A stretch of DNA of 64,000 nt, taken from positions 1,920,001 through 1,984,000 of the forward strand of contig OY764265.1 in assembly GCA_963668355.1 (NCBI GenBank), given 5' to 3'. The notes beneath the pieces were generated by a model. It was not told where the DNA came from and searched no databases. It was given only the letters and a program-made list of their open reading frames with translations. A program made the translations under genes and the position numbers. How positions within the stretch are numbered: position 1 is the first letter of the stretch; the number at the start of each line of letters is the position of its first letter. Positions 38,363 to 49,014 of this stretch are shown in pieces. The stretch comes from Bdellovibrionota bacterium. Lineage in GTDB: Bacteria; Bdellovibrionota_G; JALEGL01; DATDPG01.

Positions 38363-39385
38363 ATTAATTCGTATAAATCGCCCCCGACACCAGAAGAAGT
38401 GATTCAACAATTTATGTCTCGCATGCGCACTTTTTTTAAGCGCTCAGGGCGAGGCTTTTCTCTATTGCTCATTGTTCCCATCCTCCTTTGGTTGGCGACC
38501 GGGATTGTTTTGGTAGACCCGGATGAAGAGGGGGTCATGTTGCGATTTGGCAAATATGTTCGGAGCGTGGGGCCCGGCCCTCATTGGAACTGGCCGGTGC
38601 CGATTGGGAGAACGATCACGCCTCGTGTCACTACGGTGCGAAAAATTGAGGTGGGATTTCGGACGGTTGATGTAGGTCCTCCCGCTCGATATCAGTCCGT
38701 GCCTGTGGAAGCCCTCATGTTGACCGGGGATGAGAATATTGTGAGCTTGGAGTTCATTGTTCAATACAAGATCAGCGATGCGTACAAATTCCTCTTTCGA
38801 GTGCGAGATGGAGAGGGGGTGCTGAGAGACGTTGCCGAATCGGCGATGCGCGAAGTGATTGGACAAACCCCCATTGACCTCGCTCTTACTGAGGGAAAAG
38901 GGAAAATACAAAATCAAGCACAGGATTTAATCCAAACCATGATGGATGACTACGAATCGGGAATCCAGATTGTGACCGTAAAACTTCAGGATGTGGATCC
39001 ACCCGATCAAGTTGCGGATGCATTTAAAGATGTTCAAAATGCCCAACAAGATCGGCAGAAACGGATCAATGATGCCAAGGGAGTCCAAAATAAATTGATA
39101 CCGGAGGCCCGAGGAAAATCTGCTCAAATGATCAATGATGCACAGGCCTACCGAGAGTCGCGAATTCGAGAGGCGGAAGGTGAGGCTCAGCGTTTTAAAT
39201 CTCTTCTTGTGGAATATCGAAAGGCCAGAGAAGTCACGAGAAAGCGTCTTTACATAGAAACCATGGAAGAGGTGTTGGGAAAAATGAATAAATATGTCAT
39301 GGAAGGAAGCATCTCTCAGAATACCCTTCCATACTTGCCCTTAAATGAACTGCCGAAGGCCGGAAAGAGTGGAGGTTCCAAATGA
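38363..39385 (+). CDS. hflK: FtsH protease modulator HflK (start inferred at ATT; first ATG at 38414)
   Basis: SPFH domain: MLTGDENIV, DVDPPDQVADAFKDV, IPEARG, RLYIETMEEV. Confidence 0.93.
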   Translation: MNSYKSPPTPEEVIQQFMSRMRTFFKRSGRGFSLLLIVPILLWLATGIVLVDPDEEGVMLRFGKYVRSVGPGPHWNWPVPIGRTITPRVTTVRKIEVGFRTVDVGPPARYQSVPVEALMLTGDENIVSLEFIVQYKISDAYKFLFRVRDGEGVLRDVAESAMREVIGQTPIDLALTEGKGKIQNQAQDLIQTMMDDYESGIQIVTVKLQDVDPPDQVADAFKDVQNAQQDRQKRINDAKGVQNKLIPEARGKSAQMINDAQAYRESRIREAEGEAQRFKSLLVEYRKAREVTRKRLYIETMEEVLGKMNKYVMEGSISQNTLPYLPLNELPKAGKSGGSK

Positions 39386-40236
39386 CACGAGGTGGTTTGA
39401 TTGCTTTGTTGTTGGTTGTGGGACTTGTGGCCCTTTTTTCTTGTACCTACCGAGTGGGTGAGTGGGAGCAAACCATTCTCATTCAGTTGGGAAAACCCGT
39501 GGCCACCGTTACCGATCCAGGTCTGCACTTCAAAAAACCCTTTGTCCAAGAAGTTCGAACGTTCGACAAACGATTGTTGGAATACGATGCTTCTCCCAGG
39601 GAGTTGATCACGAAAGACAAACAGCAAGTCGTTGTGGACAATTATTCTCGTTGGCGAATTACAGATCCACTTCTTTATTATCAAACGGTTCGAAATCTTG
39701 ACGGGGCCCAGCGGGTCTTGGACGACATTATTTATTCGGCTATTCGAGAAAAAATTGGTCGGGTATCGCTTACCGAGTTGGTTTCTGGAAAACGTGCCGG
39801 CCTTATGGGGGATGTTTTGGTTGAGTCTCAAAACAAATCGAAGGCCTATGGCATTGATGTTGTTGACGTTCGAATTAAGCGCGCCGATCTTCCTGAGAAA
39901 AATGAACGAAATGTGTTTGCCCGCATGCGTGCTGAGCGAGAAAGACAAGCCAAGAAGTTTCGTGCTGAGGGAGAGGAAGAAGCTCAAAAAATTCGTTCCA
40001 CGGCTGAGAAAGAAGCCCGCGTCATTGTGGCGGAAGCCAAAAAACAGTCTGAAATTATTCGCGGGGAAGGCGATGCAAAATCTACGAAGATTTATGCAAA
40101 TGCCTATAATATGGACCCGAAGTTTTATGCGTTCGTGAGGAGTTTAGAGGCTTATCGAAAAGTGTTTAAAGACGGAGCGACGGCACTCTTAACGCCTGAC
40201 AACGAATTTTTGAAATCGTTCAAGCGGGGAAGATAG
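39382..40236 (+). CDS. hflC: FtsH protease modulator HflC
   Basis: PGLHFKKPF, DVRIKRADLP, RMRAERER, FYAFVRSLEAY. Confidence 0.95.
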   Translation: MTRGGLIALLLVVGLVALFSCTYRVGEWEQTILIQLGKPVATVTDPGLHFKKPFVQEVRTFDKRLLEYDASPRELITKDKQQVVVDNYSRWRITDPLLYYQTVRNLDGAQRVLDDIIYSAIREKIGRVSLTELVSGKRAGLMGDVLVESQNKSKAYGIDVVDVRIKRADLPEKNERNVFARMRAERERQAKKFRAEGEEEAQKIRSTAEKEARVIVAEAKKQSEIIRGEGDAKSTKIYANAYNMDPKFYAFVRSLEAYRKVFKDGATALLTPDNEFLKSFKRGR

Positions 40237-40240
40237 CTCT

Positions 40241-40678
40241 TCACAGTTCGCGAACGGCTGCAATATACGGGGAACCAATGAGGTGAGCCGTGGATCCGCA
40301 ATCTAGAAGAAGAAATCCCTTTTCTCGATTGATTTCATCGGATAGTCGGGTGCCGTTTTCATGAGGTTGGATGAGAAGTCGGCCCCTTTCTTCGGTTCCA
40401 TCTGTCAAGGTTAAGGCCACGTTTTGAAAACGAGTGTTTTTTAGGGAAACCGGATTCAACTCGAACTCTGCGGTGACCGTAAGTTTGCGAACCGAGGACT
40501 TCCGAACGACCCAGAACTCTCCCGTTTTCGATTCGAAAGGAAAAAAAGAAGCTTCCTGCGAAAGGAGTTCTAAAACACTTTGCCCATTGGTTTTTAGGAA
40601 TACATAACCGCGAATGGAAGGGCGACCATCCACATATAAATCAACTTCCCGCTTTTTTTTCTCAACGCGGAGACTCAT
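40241..40678 (-). CDS. Hypothetical protein with internal two-fold repeat
   Basis: 145 aa; halves share a G-x-hydrophobic...L.....FL pattern. Confidence 0.6.
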   Translation of the reverse strand: MSLRVEKKKREVDLYVDGRPSIRGYVFLKTNGQSVLELLSQEASFFPFESKTGEFWVVRKSSVRKLTVTAEFELNPVSLKNTRFQNVALTLTDGTEERGRLLIQPHENGTRLSDEINREKGFLLLDCGSTAHLIGSPYIAAVREL

Positions 40679-40714
40679 GAATGAAAGCCATTTTGCCTTC
40701 TTCTTGTTCCAAAG

Positions 40715-41212
40715 TCACGATTTGCGAGTTGCTGTGATGAAGGAGTAGGTCAGTTGGGGATCTTTGGGGTGACTTTTTTCCTCTCTCTCCAAAATATGAA
40801 AATCTGAATGTAGATTGAATTTTGGAAAGAAAGTATCTCCTTCATATTCTTTGTGAACGAGTGTGAGATAGAGCTGTTGCGTGAGGGGAAGGGCCTCTTC
40901 ATAAACCGAGAACCCGCCAATGGCAAAACACTCTGAGGCCTTAGAATCACAAAGGTTGAGAGCTTCTTTAAAGTTTGAGGCGACTTGGATGTGAGGAATG
41001 GAGATCGATTCAGGTTTTCGGGTTAGGACAATGTTTTGTCTTCCGGGAAGGGCTCGACCAATGGATTCCAATGTTTTTCTTCCCATGATGATGGGGTGGC
41101 CCATGGTGATTTTCTTAAAACGTTTCAAGTCTTCGGGAATGTGCCAGGGGAGTTGGCCATTTAAACCAATCACGCGTTGCTCTGTCATGGCCACAATGAG
41201 AGAGCGTTTCAT
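40715..41212 (-). CDS. folA: Dihydrofolate reductase
   Basis: [35 protein letters not shown]. Confidence 0.96.
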   Translation of the reverse strand: MKRSLIVAMTEQRVIGLNGQLPWHIPEDLKRFKKITMGHPIIMGRKTLESIGRALPGRQNIVLTRKPESISIPHIQVASNFKEALNLCDSKASECFAIGGFSVYEEALPLTQQLYLTLVHKEYEGDTFFPKFNLHSDFHILEREEKSHPKDPQLTYSFITATRKS

Positions 41213-42006
41213 ACCGAGATGGGGGCCTTGATGGTTGGGTAGGGATCGTAGTTTTCCAACGTAAAATCTTCGTATTGAAATTCGAAGATGGATTTGACCT
41301 GAGGATTGATGCGCATTTCGGGCAGAGGTCGAGGCTCTCTTGAAAGCTGTAGCTTGGCTTGCTCGATATGGTTTTTGTACAGGTGAACATCTCCAAAAGT
41401 ATGGACGAAGAATCCGGGTTTGAGATCGGTGATTTGAGCCACCATCATCGTGAGAAGCGCGTAACTGGCGATGTTAAACGGAACTCCCAGAAAGAGGTCA
41501 GCGCTTCGTTGATACAATTGACACGAAAGTTTGCGATCTCCATGGACATAAAACTGGAACATCGTATGGCAGGGCGGGAGGGCCATCTCCTCGATTTCAC
41601 CGACATTCCAGGCGCTTACGATGAGCCTTCGAGATTGAGGGTTCTGAAGGATCTCTTGAATAACTTGATTGATTTGATCGACAGGCTTTCCATTTTTCTG
41701 CGCCCAATTTCTCCATTGAACGCCATATATGGGGCCCAGATTTCCTTTCTCATCGGCCCATTCGTCCCAAATGGTGACTTTGTTTTGGTTGAGGTAGGCG
41801 ATGTTGCTATCTCCACGAAGAAACCATAAGAGTTCATGAATGATGGATCGGAGATGACATTTTTTTGTCGTGACCAGTGGAAATCCTTGGCTTAGATCAT
41901 ACTTGGTTTGGGCACCAAAGATACTGAGGGTACCCGTTCCGGTTCGATCTATACGGGGCTCTCCTTCATTCAGGACGGTTTTCAGTAATTCAAGATACGT
42001 CTTCAT
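41209..42006 (-). CDS. thyA: Thymidylate synthase
   Basis: [38 protein letters not shown]. Confidence 0.98.
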   Translation of the reverse strand: MKTYLELLKTVLNEGEPRIDRTGTGTLSIFGAQTKYDLSQGFPLVTTKKCHLRSIIHELLWFLRGDSNIAYLNQNKVTIWDEWADEKGNLGPIYGVQWRNWAQKNGKPVDQINQVIQEILQNPQSRRLIVSAWNVGEIEEMALPPCHTMFQFYVHGDRKLSCQLYQRSADLFLGVPFNIASYALLTMMVAQITDLKPGFFVHTFGDVHLYKNHIEQAKLQLSREPRPLPEMRINPQVKSIFEFQYEDFTLENYDPYPTIKAPISV

Positions 42007-42078
42007 GATTCGTTTTCTTGGTGTAACACGGCTCCGGGGATAACGCGAAGCTGAAAATGAGAGAGAAGAGGGTTTCTC

Positions 42079-42372
42079 TTATTTCTTTGTAAGGGCTCGT
42101 GAAGATGGGCCTGAGAAAAGAAGGCTGCTCAACGTGGTTGCAATTACAAAAACGACGCCAATGATTAAGAAGATGGCCAAGCCGAAAAACAATCCCACGA
42201 TCACGAGAAGCACCGAGAGAATTCCCAGCACACGTCGTCCCCAGATTTTTAGTGGATCTTGAAGAGCCTCCTTGGGGGGTGGTGAAGCGTTTCCAGGTTT
42301 GGATCTGGAAGTTCCCTGAGCACTTCTTGGGGTGCCATATGTTTCTTCAAATTTTTGTTTGTCCTCGGTCAT
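42079..42372 (-). CDS. Small membrane protein (97 aa)
   Basis: ATG overlaps the stop of the upstream gene (ATGA); C-terminal TM hairpin. Confidence 0.6.
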   Translation of the reverse strand: MTEDKQKFEETYGTPRSAQGTSRSKPGNASPPPKEALQDPLKIWGRRVLGILSVLLVIVGLFFGLAIFLIIGVVFVIATTLSSLLFSGPSSRALTKK

Positions 42373-42980
42373 GGTTTTTGGAAGACGAGGTTGTGACAAA
42401 TTTCCCCTCGAATCAAGTACTTCTTTTCGAAATTTGTTCGAGGCAAAAACGTGGGATGTGTATCTTGTTGAATTGTTTCGCTCTTTAGAGCTTCCAACCC
42501 CCATACTTCTCTGAAATATTTCGAGGCCTCCTGGGCGTAAGCCTCCACGTTCGTGGCTAACGTGAGTAGTCCTTCTGACTTTAGGGTTTGTGTCATGTGA
42601 TGCATGAAAGGCATGGCGTGCCATCGGAGATTGAGATGTTTTTTCTTTGGATTGGGGTTGGGATAAAGCAAAAAATAACGATCCACCGACTGCGCCCCCA
42701 ACGAATGCGTAATCCAAGAAATGGCATTTGTGTGTAAAGGGAGGAGATTGGGCAGAGAGGGGTGCTCGGATAAGTGCCTTCGAAATGTCCCGAAGCGAAC
42801 GGGAGATTTTTCGATGGCCACGAGAAAGCGTTCTGGGTGAGCTTTGGCGTAACTTAGGGCATGTGTTCCTACGCCGCATCCAATTTCTACGTCTAAGACG
42901 TCTGGAATTTTATTCCAAGAGGACGGAAGGGATGGGCGGGGAACATGTTTCGGGTCAAACTCTCGAACCGATAACGTCAT
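42369..42980 (-). CDS. trmB: TrmB-like SAM-dependent tRNA methyltransferase
   Basis: VEIGCGVG, VAIE, YPNPNPK, LATN, TNFEKKY. Confidence 0.75.
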   Translation of the reverse strand: MTLSVREFDPKHVPRPSLPSSWNKIPDVLDVEIGCGVGTHALSYAKAHPERFLVAIEKSPVRFGTFRRHLSEHPSLPNLLPLHTNAISWITHSLGAQSVDRYFLLYPNPNPKKKHLNLRWHAMPFMHHMTQTLKSEGLLTLATNVEAYAQEASKYFREVWGLEALKSETIQQDTHPTFLPRTNFEKKYLIRGEICHNLVFQKP

Positions 42981-42981
42981 T

Positions 42982-44133
42982 CTAAGCGATGTTTTTTCGA
43001 AGGGCTTGCAAGAGCCGCTCAATGTCATTCTCATTGTTGAAATAATGAATGGAAATTCGTACGCCATTTCTTCGAGCTGAAACGTATACGTTCTCCTCCT
43101 GGAGCTTCTTTTCCAAATCTTCCGCATGGTCAGTGGCAAAGGAGATAATTCCACTGTTCATCGATCCTTCAAAGGTGGGGTGTTCATCTCGGGGAGACAA
43201 AATTACGCGATTGAGTTTTTTAAGGCCATGGACGACTTGATTGGAAAGGTCAAATATGCGCTCCGCAATGTTTTCGATGCCCAGGTCCAAAACCACTTTG
43301 GCAGCTGCATTTAGGCCAAAAAACATGCCCGCATGAGGTGTTCCCAATTCAATGGCTGCAGCGGATTCCAATAAATCTGGGGTGTTATTGCTCAGTTCCC
43401 ATGGGTTCTTCACACTCATCCAGCCCGCGACGGGCCAGCGAATGCTTTTTCGAAACTCTGGGCTGGCATAAAAGACACTTCCCCCACATCCGGCTCCGAT
43501 CCACTTGTGAGCCGAGGCAGTCAGTGCGGAGATGTGACAATCTTTTACCGAAATGGGAAAGGCTCCAAAGCCTTGTGTGGCATTGACGATAAATGGAATG
43601 GAAAGAGCACGGAGCTCGTTTCCCAGTAGTCGAAGGTTTTGGCGAAATCCGGTCGAAAATTGCACAAAACTGGACACTACGGCTACCGTATTGGAGTCAA
43701 TCTGATCCAACATGTCTTGGATGGAAACGCGACCCTCTTTGGAGGGAACGAGCCGGACTTCATATCCTTGTTGATGCCAAGCCAGAACCGAAGAGGGGAA
43801 TTCGTCTTTTGGGAGAACTACATTTGGTGTTTCCCTTCTGGAGCGCAAGGCCATCGCGAGTAAATTCATGCTCAAACTGGTGTTGGGAGATAGGGCGATG
43901 TCTTCAGGCTCGGCTTCCAGAATCTCAGCGGTGCACTTTCGGTAGGAGTCGATGATGTCTCCCACAACATCAAAGCCCTCGAAGCCCTTCAAATGAATGT
44001 GATCTACATGTGATCGAATGGCTTCATGAACTTCTCGATGCAAGAGCGTGACGCATGCATTCATTAAATAAGATCGACCCTGACACGCAGGAAATTCTTC
44101 GCGTACTTTTTCCCAATTAAGCCTGGTGGACAT
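42982..44133 (-). CDS. Class V PLP-dependent aminotransferase / cysteine desulfurase-like
   Basis: NATQGFG, SAHKW, ELGT, RISIHYFN. Confidence 0.88.
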   Translation of the reverse strand: MSTRLNWEKVREEFPACQGRSYLMNACVTLLHREVHEAIRSHVDHIHLKGFEGFDVVGDIIDSYRKCTAEILEAEPEDIALSPNTSLSMNLLAMALRSRRETPNVVLPKDEFPSSVLAWHQQGYEVRLVPSKEGRVSIQDMLDQIDSNTVAVVSSFVQFSTGFRQNLRLLGNELRALSIPFIVNATQGFGAFPISVKDCHISALTASAHKWIGAGCGGSVFYASPEFRKSIRWPVAGWMSVKNPWELSNNTPDLLESAAAIELGTPHAGMFFGLNAAAKVVLDLGIENIAERIFDLSNQVVHGLKKLNRVILSPRDEHPTFEGSMNSGIISFATDHAEDLEKKLQEENVYVSARRNGVRISIHYFNNENDIERLLQALRKNIA

Positions 44134-44221
44134 GCCGGGGCCTATAACACCTTTTGACGCGTATCGTAAAGGACCTGAGACATTTTTACGGTTCAAAAAG
44201 ACCGGAAAAATCCTTGTTTTT

Positions 44222-44728
44222 TCAGGAGGTTCTGTCTTCTTCAGACAATGAGTCGTCCCGGTAGAGCTCCTTATCCAAGCGATCTCGATACTTCTGGTCG
44301 ATGCGGTCCTCATTCAACTGATTTTGAGGTTCCTTTTCGGAAAGCCCGGGTTTTGCTTTGAAGTATCTTAGGGCGAAGAAAACAACCGCGATTCCGATCA
44401 GAAAAATAAAAAACGGGAAAATCCATGCCATGGCGCTAAAGCCTGTGACTTTGGGGGCAGCAAGAATTCGTTCACCGTATTTTTTTTCAAAGATGGAAAG
44501 AATTTCTTCTTTGGTCTTTCCTTCGTTCAAGAAGGTCCGAATTTCATCCCTCATTTGGTAAGCAATTTGGGAATGATGTTCGGATACGGGGGCGGTCCAA
44601 CAACACGGTGCGATCAAGAGAGACTCAATCTCTTTGGCTTGATCTTCCAGTGAAGTTTGTGCCTGAATGGGACAAAAGAACCCAAAGAAGATGGAAAGAA
44701 AAAGAATTCCTGAAAAAAAGATCTTCAT
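44222..44728 (-). CDS. ccmH: Cytochrome c biogenesis protein CcmH
   Basis: LIAPCC, S..AYQMR.EI, YGERILAAP, TM helix. Confidence 0.82.
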   Translation of the reverse strand: MKIFFSGILFLSIFFGFFCPIQAQTSLEDQAKEIESLLIAPCCWTAPVSEHHSQIAYQMRDEIRTFLNEGKTKEEILSIFEKKYGERILAAPKVTGFSAMAWIFPFFIFLIGIAVVFFALRYFKAKPGLSEKEPQNQLNEDRIDQKYRDRLDKELYRDDSLSEEDRTS

Positions 44729-44736
44729 GACGGTCC

Positions 44737-46518
44737 TTAAAGTTTAAATCGATCCACTTGGTTTTTAAGGGCCTGTGCCTCTTCGGCTAAGGTTTGAACG
44801 GCCAATGTCATCTGGCCCTCGACCAAAGATAGGTTTTGTTTGGCCACTTCGGCGATTTCTTCGATGGATTGAATGATCATTTCACCACCTCTTTTTTGTT
44901 CGGCCGTCGCATCACGCATTTGTTTGGTTAATTCCGTCATATGTCTTGAGGACAATTCAATTTCATGGGTTCCCGAGGCATTTTCTTTGGAAGCCGTGAC
45001 GATTTGACGGGAGAGGTCGGTCATATTGGTGGCTGTCAGGAGCAGTTTTTCGGAAGCATTCTCATGTTCGTTTGTGGCGGCGGAGGCTTCTCTGACGAGC
45101 CGGGCCGTTTTTTCAATGGATTGTACGATGCGATTTAAAATTTCGTCGGCCATTTGAACCGAGGAATGGGTATCGGTTTGAACTTGTTGAATGATGGCAG
45201 AAATTTCTTTTGTTGCTTTTGCAGATCTTTCGGCTAGACGCTTCACTTCATCAGCGACGACGGCAAAGCCTTTTCCAGCTTCTCCAGCTCGGGCTGCTTC
45301 AATGGCCGCGTTTAAGGCCAAAAGATTTGTCTGGTCGGCGATTTCATCAATCACGCCAATGATTTTTCCGATTTCATCGGAGTATTGACCAATGGAGTTG
45401 ATGGATCTTTGTAGTTGATTGCTACTCTCTCTGACGTCCTTTTCAGATACTTTGGACATGCTCTCCACTTGTTCAATGGCCGAGGACACGGTTCGGACCG
45501 TTTCCTTCATTCGGCTCAAGGTGATGGAGGTATCATCGATGACGCTGAGCAGTGTCTCCCCATTTGCGGCCGTCTGCGTCAATGTCGCATTCATTTCCTG
45601 AATGGCCATGGTGGTTTCTTCAACGCTTGCGGCGAGGTTCTCCGCATTTTGGGCCATTTGTTGGATTTGCGTAGCCATCTCAACCATGGCGGATGAATTT
45701 TCTTCCGTCGCATTGGACTGCGTTTCGGCACCTTGTCCAACTTGTTCGGTGGCCGTCGAAATTTCTCGAGCCGAGTGCTCGACTTTTCGGGATACGCTCA
45801 GAATTTGTCCCACCATTTCTCTCAAATTGCTCACCATGAGACAGAATGTGTTGGAGAGAGTTCCCAATTCATCTTTTCGGGAAGACGGAAGGGGGGTCTC
45901 CGTTAGGTCATTTCGTGAGATGCGAAAGGCCTGTTCTGTAAGGTCCCGAATGGGACGTGTGAGAGCGGTTCCGATGATGAAAGCAGCGAAAAATCCCAAC
46001 AATAAAATGATGGCGGAGAATAACGTTGTCTTCTGAAGTTGATCTTGTTTATCTGCGTCAAGTTCCCTTAGCGAAAAGCCGATGACCAAGGTTGCCTTTG
46101 TTTTGCTTTGCGTAATAAACGGAGCTACGACGTTTAATAGATCCCCTTTGATCAGTGTGCCTGTTTTTTCAAAGGAATCTAGGTCAAGTGAGGGCATTCG
46201 TTTGGTGTTCCAGCCTGAAAACACGGAACCATCGGATCGGATCACGGCGGCATATTCGGTTTCTTCGGCATTGCTCAATCCGCTCAAGAGTTCCGTGACG
46301 GATTCCTTGTCTTCAAATTCGACACCTGGCGCAATGGCTTGTTTCAGGGCCGCTGCGACACCCGTGGCTCTTCGCTCCGCCCATTTTTGCGCCGTGGTTT
46401 CCATTTTCGAAGGGAAAAATAAAAGCGAGAAGACTGCGATTAACGCAATGAGAGCAGTTACAAGACCCACTAGCGTGAGGCGAACGCTTCTCTTTGGTTT
46501 TCCAAGGGTGTCTTTCAT
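44737..46518 (-). CDS. Methyl-accepting chemotaxis protein (2 TM, HAMP)
   Basis: IADQTNLLALNAAIEAARAGEAGKGFAVVADEVKRLAE; HAMP DELG.L. Confidence 0.97.
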   Translation of the reverse strand: MKDTLGKPKRSVRLTLVGLVTALIALIAVFSLLFFPSKMETTAQKWAERRATGVAAALKQAIAPGVEFEDKESVTELLSGLSNAEETEYAAVIRSDGSVFSGWNTKRMPSLDLDSFEKTGTLIKGDLLNVVAPFITQSKTKATLVIGFSLRELDADKQDQLQKTTLFSAIILLLGFFAAFIIGTALTRPIRDLTEQAFRISRNDLTETPLPSSRKDELGTLSNTFCLMVSNLREMVGQILSVSRKVEHSAREISTATEQVGQGAETQSNATEENSSAMVEMATQIQQMAQNAENLAASVEETTMAIQEMNATLTQTAANGETLLSVIDDTSITLSRMKETVRTVSSAIEQVESMSKVSEKDVRESSNQLQRSINSIGQYSDEIGKIIGVIDEIADQTNLLALNAAIEAARAGEAGKGFAVVADEVKRLAERSAKATKEISAIIQQVQTDTHSSVQMADEILNRIVQSIEKTARLVREASAATNEHENASEKLLLTATNMTDLSRQIVTASKENASGTHEIELSSRHMTELTKQMRDATAEQKRGGEMIIQSIEEIAEVAKQNLSLVEGQMTLAVQTLAEEAQALKNQVDRFKL

Positions 46519-46822
46519 GATTCAGTCCTCTTGTCTTCGGTCATATCGGATGTTGCGAAAGGCAGTCTAGCCCAATTATGCTAACGAAATCTTTAGATTT
46601 TGCGAGAAAACACTCTGTTTTTCTAGACGGATCTTCGCTTCCACCTTTTGACGGTCGTACGCGGATTTTTTTGGGTGCTTTCTGGGTAACTCTGGCTATT
46701 TTCGATGTCTCACGATAAAAAAGATTGAATACGTTGTCTGCGATCGAGGCGTGGTCATGAGGCCAAGATCATCGTCCATTTTGCTTTCTTACAGGAGCAG
46801 GGAATTTATGGGAGGCCAAAAA

Positions 46823-47218
46823 ATGCTAAAAAAAGTGCTCGTGGTTGAAGACTCCGAACTATTGCACAATATGTATCAGCTGGCACTCAAGCGCTATGAA
46901 GATTGTCAATATGTGAAAGCCAATAATGGACGTGAAGGTCTGGATGTTTTGGCTTCTGAACATGATGTCGATTTGATTCTCTTGGATATCAACATGCCCA
47001 TCATGAATGGCATTGAATTCTTACAAGCGATCAAGCAACAAGAGGCGTATCAAGAAATTCCCGTGATCATCATCAGTACGGAGGGAAAGGAGGAAGATAC
47101 AAAACGGGGGCTTGAGATGGGTGCTAGGGCATACATCACCAAGCCTTTTCAGTCGGTGATGCTCCATGAATTGATTGATCAGGTTTTGTCAGAGAAAAAG
47201 GCGAAAGTGTCCAGTTAA
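46823..47218 (+). CDS. cheY: CheY-like response regulator
   Basis: VLVVEDS, LDINMPIMNG, ISTEG, YITKPF. Confidence 0.9.
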   Translation: MLKKVLVVEDSELLHNMYQLALKRYEDCQYVKANNGREGLDVLASEHDVDLILLDINMPIMNGIEFLQAIKQQEAYQEIPVIIISTEGKEEDTKRGLEMGARAYITKPFQSVMLHELIDQVLSEKKAKVSS

Positions 47219-47236
47219 GATTTCTCCGGGGTAGGT

Positions 47237-48994
47237 TTGAAGATGGATCATGAATTTTCCTCACTCATTCGAGATTTTGTAGACGAGACCACACCTCTGA
47301 TCGAACAAATCGGGAAATCTTTCTTAGAGATCGAGCGCCTTTGGAAGTTGAAGACCTTTCCAAAGGATATTTTCCCAAGTGTTTTGAGTGATCTTCATAC
47401 GGTAAAGGGAAATTCCGCGATGATGGGATTTACACCCATTCAATCGGTTGCTCATGCGATGGAAGATCTTTGTGTTGTTCTCCAAAAAAAGACTTTCGAA
47501 TCTCCAGATACTGCGAGTTTGTTGCTTGAAGGTGGAGATCTCTTATTGCATATGATTCAAGAGGCTCCCCATGGAGAGGTTGAGGAAGGCCCTGCACAAA
47601 ACTATGTGCAAAAGATCAACCAACATACTGAAAAACTGAACGAGCGTAGGAAGAGTCCAGAACGCCGTACGGGTCAGGAGTGGAGAACCCGAAAAGATCG
47701 TCGGGAAACGAAAGAAAGAAGAAATATAACGGCTCCAAAAGGATCTTCGACTTCGCAACGGGAAAAAGGTTTTGGAAAAACGAATGACACCATTCGAATC
47801 GATTTTCAGAAATTGGATACTTTATTGGAAACGGTTGGGGAAGGTGTAATTGCGCATTCTGCTCTGGTCGAAAGCCATCGCCAGATTTTGAATCATTATG
47901 GGAACAATGAGGAAATTTCTTCCCTGGAACAGACAATCCTTCTTTTGGGAAAAAATTTGAAAGATTTGCAGAGGACTTTAATGGATGCACGCTTGTTGCC
48001 AATGTCCTCTATTTTTTCCCGTTTTCCACGGGTTGTTCGAGACCTTTCGGTTGAAATGAAAAAAACGGTTTCACTCTCCATCACCGGGGAGGAAACCCGT
48101 TTGGATAAACGCATCATTGACCGAATTGGGGAGCCTTTGTTGCATTTGATTCGAAATACCATGGCGCATGGCATTGAGGAGACCAAGGAGAGAATTTCCC
48201 AAGGAAAAAAGGAAGAGGGGACGATTTCTCTTTCCGCTCAACAGCTCTCAGATCGTGTTGTGGTTACCATTCAGGATGATGGTCGGGGACTGGATATTAA
48301 GAAGATTAAGAAAAAGGCTAAGGAAGACGGCATTGACGTGGACGCGCTCTCCGAGGAAGAGGTCAAGCGTTTGATTTTTCGATCGGGACTTTCCACTCAA
48401 GAACATGTGTCAAAACTTGCGGGTCGGGGTGTGGGATTGGATGTTGTTGCCCACATCGTTTCTCAGCTTGGTGGGTCGGTGGACGTTTCAAGCAAAGAAG
48501 GAGAGGGAACGCGCTTCGACTTAAATCTTCCCTTAACGGTGACCCTTCTTCGATGTTTGTTGGTTGAGGTGGATACCGAGGTTTTCGCCATTCCGTTGAG
48601 TGAAGTGGTGGAGACGGCTCGAACCACTCATTCGCAAGTACATCAACTTTCCAAACGGAACGTTTTGCGATGGCGAGGAGAAGTGGTTCCGATTTCCGAT
48701 TTGGGAGATTTGATGGGAACGGTCTCCTCGAATGCCCAGAAAAGAGGTTTTTTCGTTTTTGTTGCGACTTCAGGTCAGAAAAGAGCCATGAGGGTAGATC
48801 GGGTGCTCGGACATCAGGATGTTGTGGCCAAACAGCTGGATGATTTTTTAGGCAAACCAGATGTCATTTCTGGAGGGACCATCTTAGGAAACGGTCAGGT
48901 GGTTTTTATGCTGGATGTGCCTCGAATTATTGAGCAAGGAATCTTCGAAACGCGAACCGTACAGTCAAACTCGTTCGAAGAAAAGTCGATGTAA
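47237..48994 (+). CDS. cheA: Chemotaxis histidine kinase CheA (no obvious P2 domain)
   Basis: LHTVKGNS Hpt, HLIRNTMAHGIE, DDGRGLD, GRGVGLDVV, CheW-like P5. Confidence 0.95.
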   Translation: MKMDHEFSSLIRDFVDETTPLIEQIGKSFLEIERLWKLKTFPKDIFPSVLSDLHTVKGNSAMMGFTPIQSVAHAMEDLCVVLQKKTFESPDTASLLLEGGDLLLHMIQEAPHGEVEEGPAQNYVQKINQHTEKLNERRKSPERRTGQEWRTRKDRRETKERRNITAPKGSSTSQREKGFGKTNDTIRIDFQKLDTLLETVGEGVIAHSALVESHRQILNHYGNNEEISSLEQTILLLGKNLKDLQRTLMDARLLPMSSIFSRFPRVVRDLSVEMKKTVSLSITGEETRLDKRIIDRIGEPLLHLIRNTMAHGIEETKERISQGKKEEGTISLSAQQLSDRVVVTIQDDGRGLDIKKIKKKAKEDGIDVDALSEEEVKRLIFRSGLSTQEHVSKLAGRGVGLDVVAHIVSQLGGSVDVSSKEGEGTRFDLNLPLTVTLLRCLLVEVDTEVFAIPLSEVVETARTTHSQVHQLSKRNVLRWRGEVVPISDLGDLMGTVSSNAQKRGFFVFVATSGQKRAMRVDRVLGHQDVVAKQLDDFLGKPDVISGGTILGNGQVVFMLDVPRIIEQGIFETRTVQSNSFEEKSM

Positions 48995-49014
48995 GTATTT
49001 TGGGAGGAATAATC

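Noticed and set aside
42373..42879. N-terminal 169 codons of the 266-aa ORF
   Set aside because: Overlaps the trmB-like gene in another frame; the real start is probably the coupled ATG at 42372
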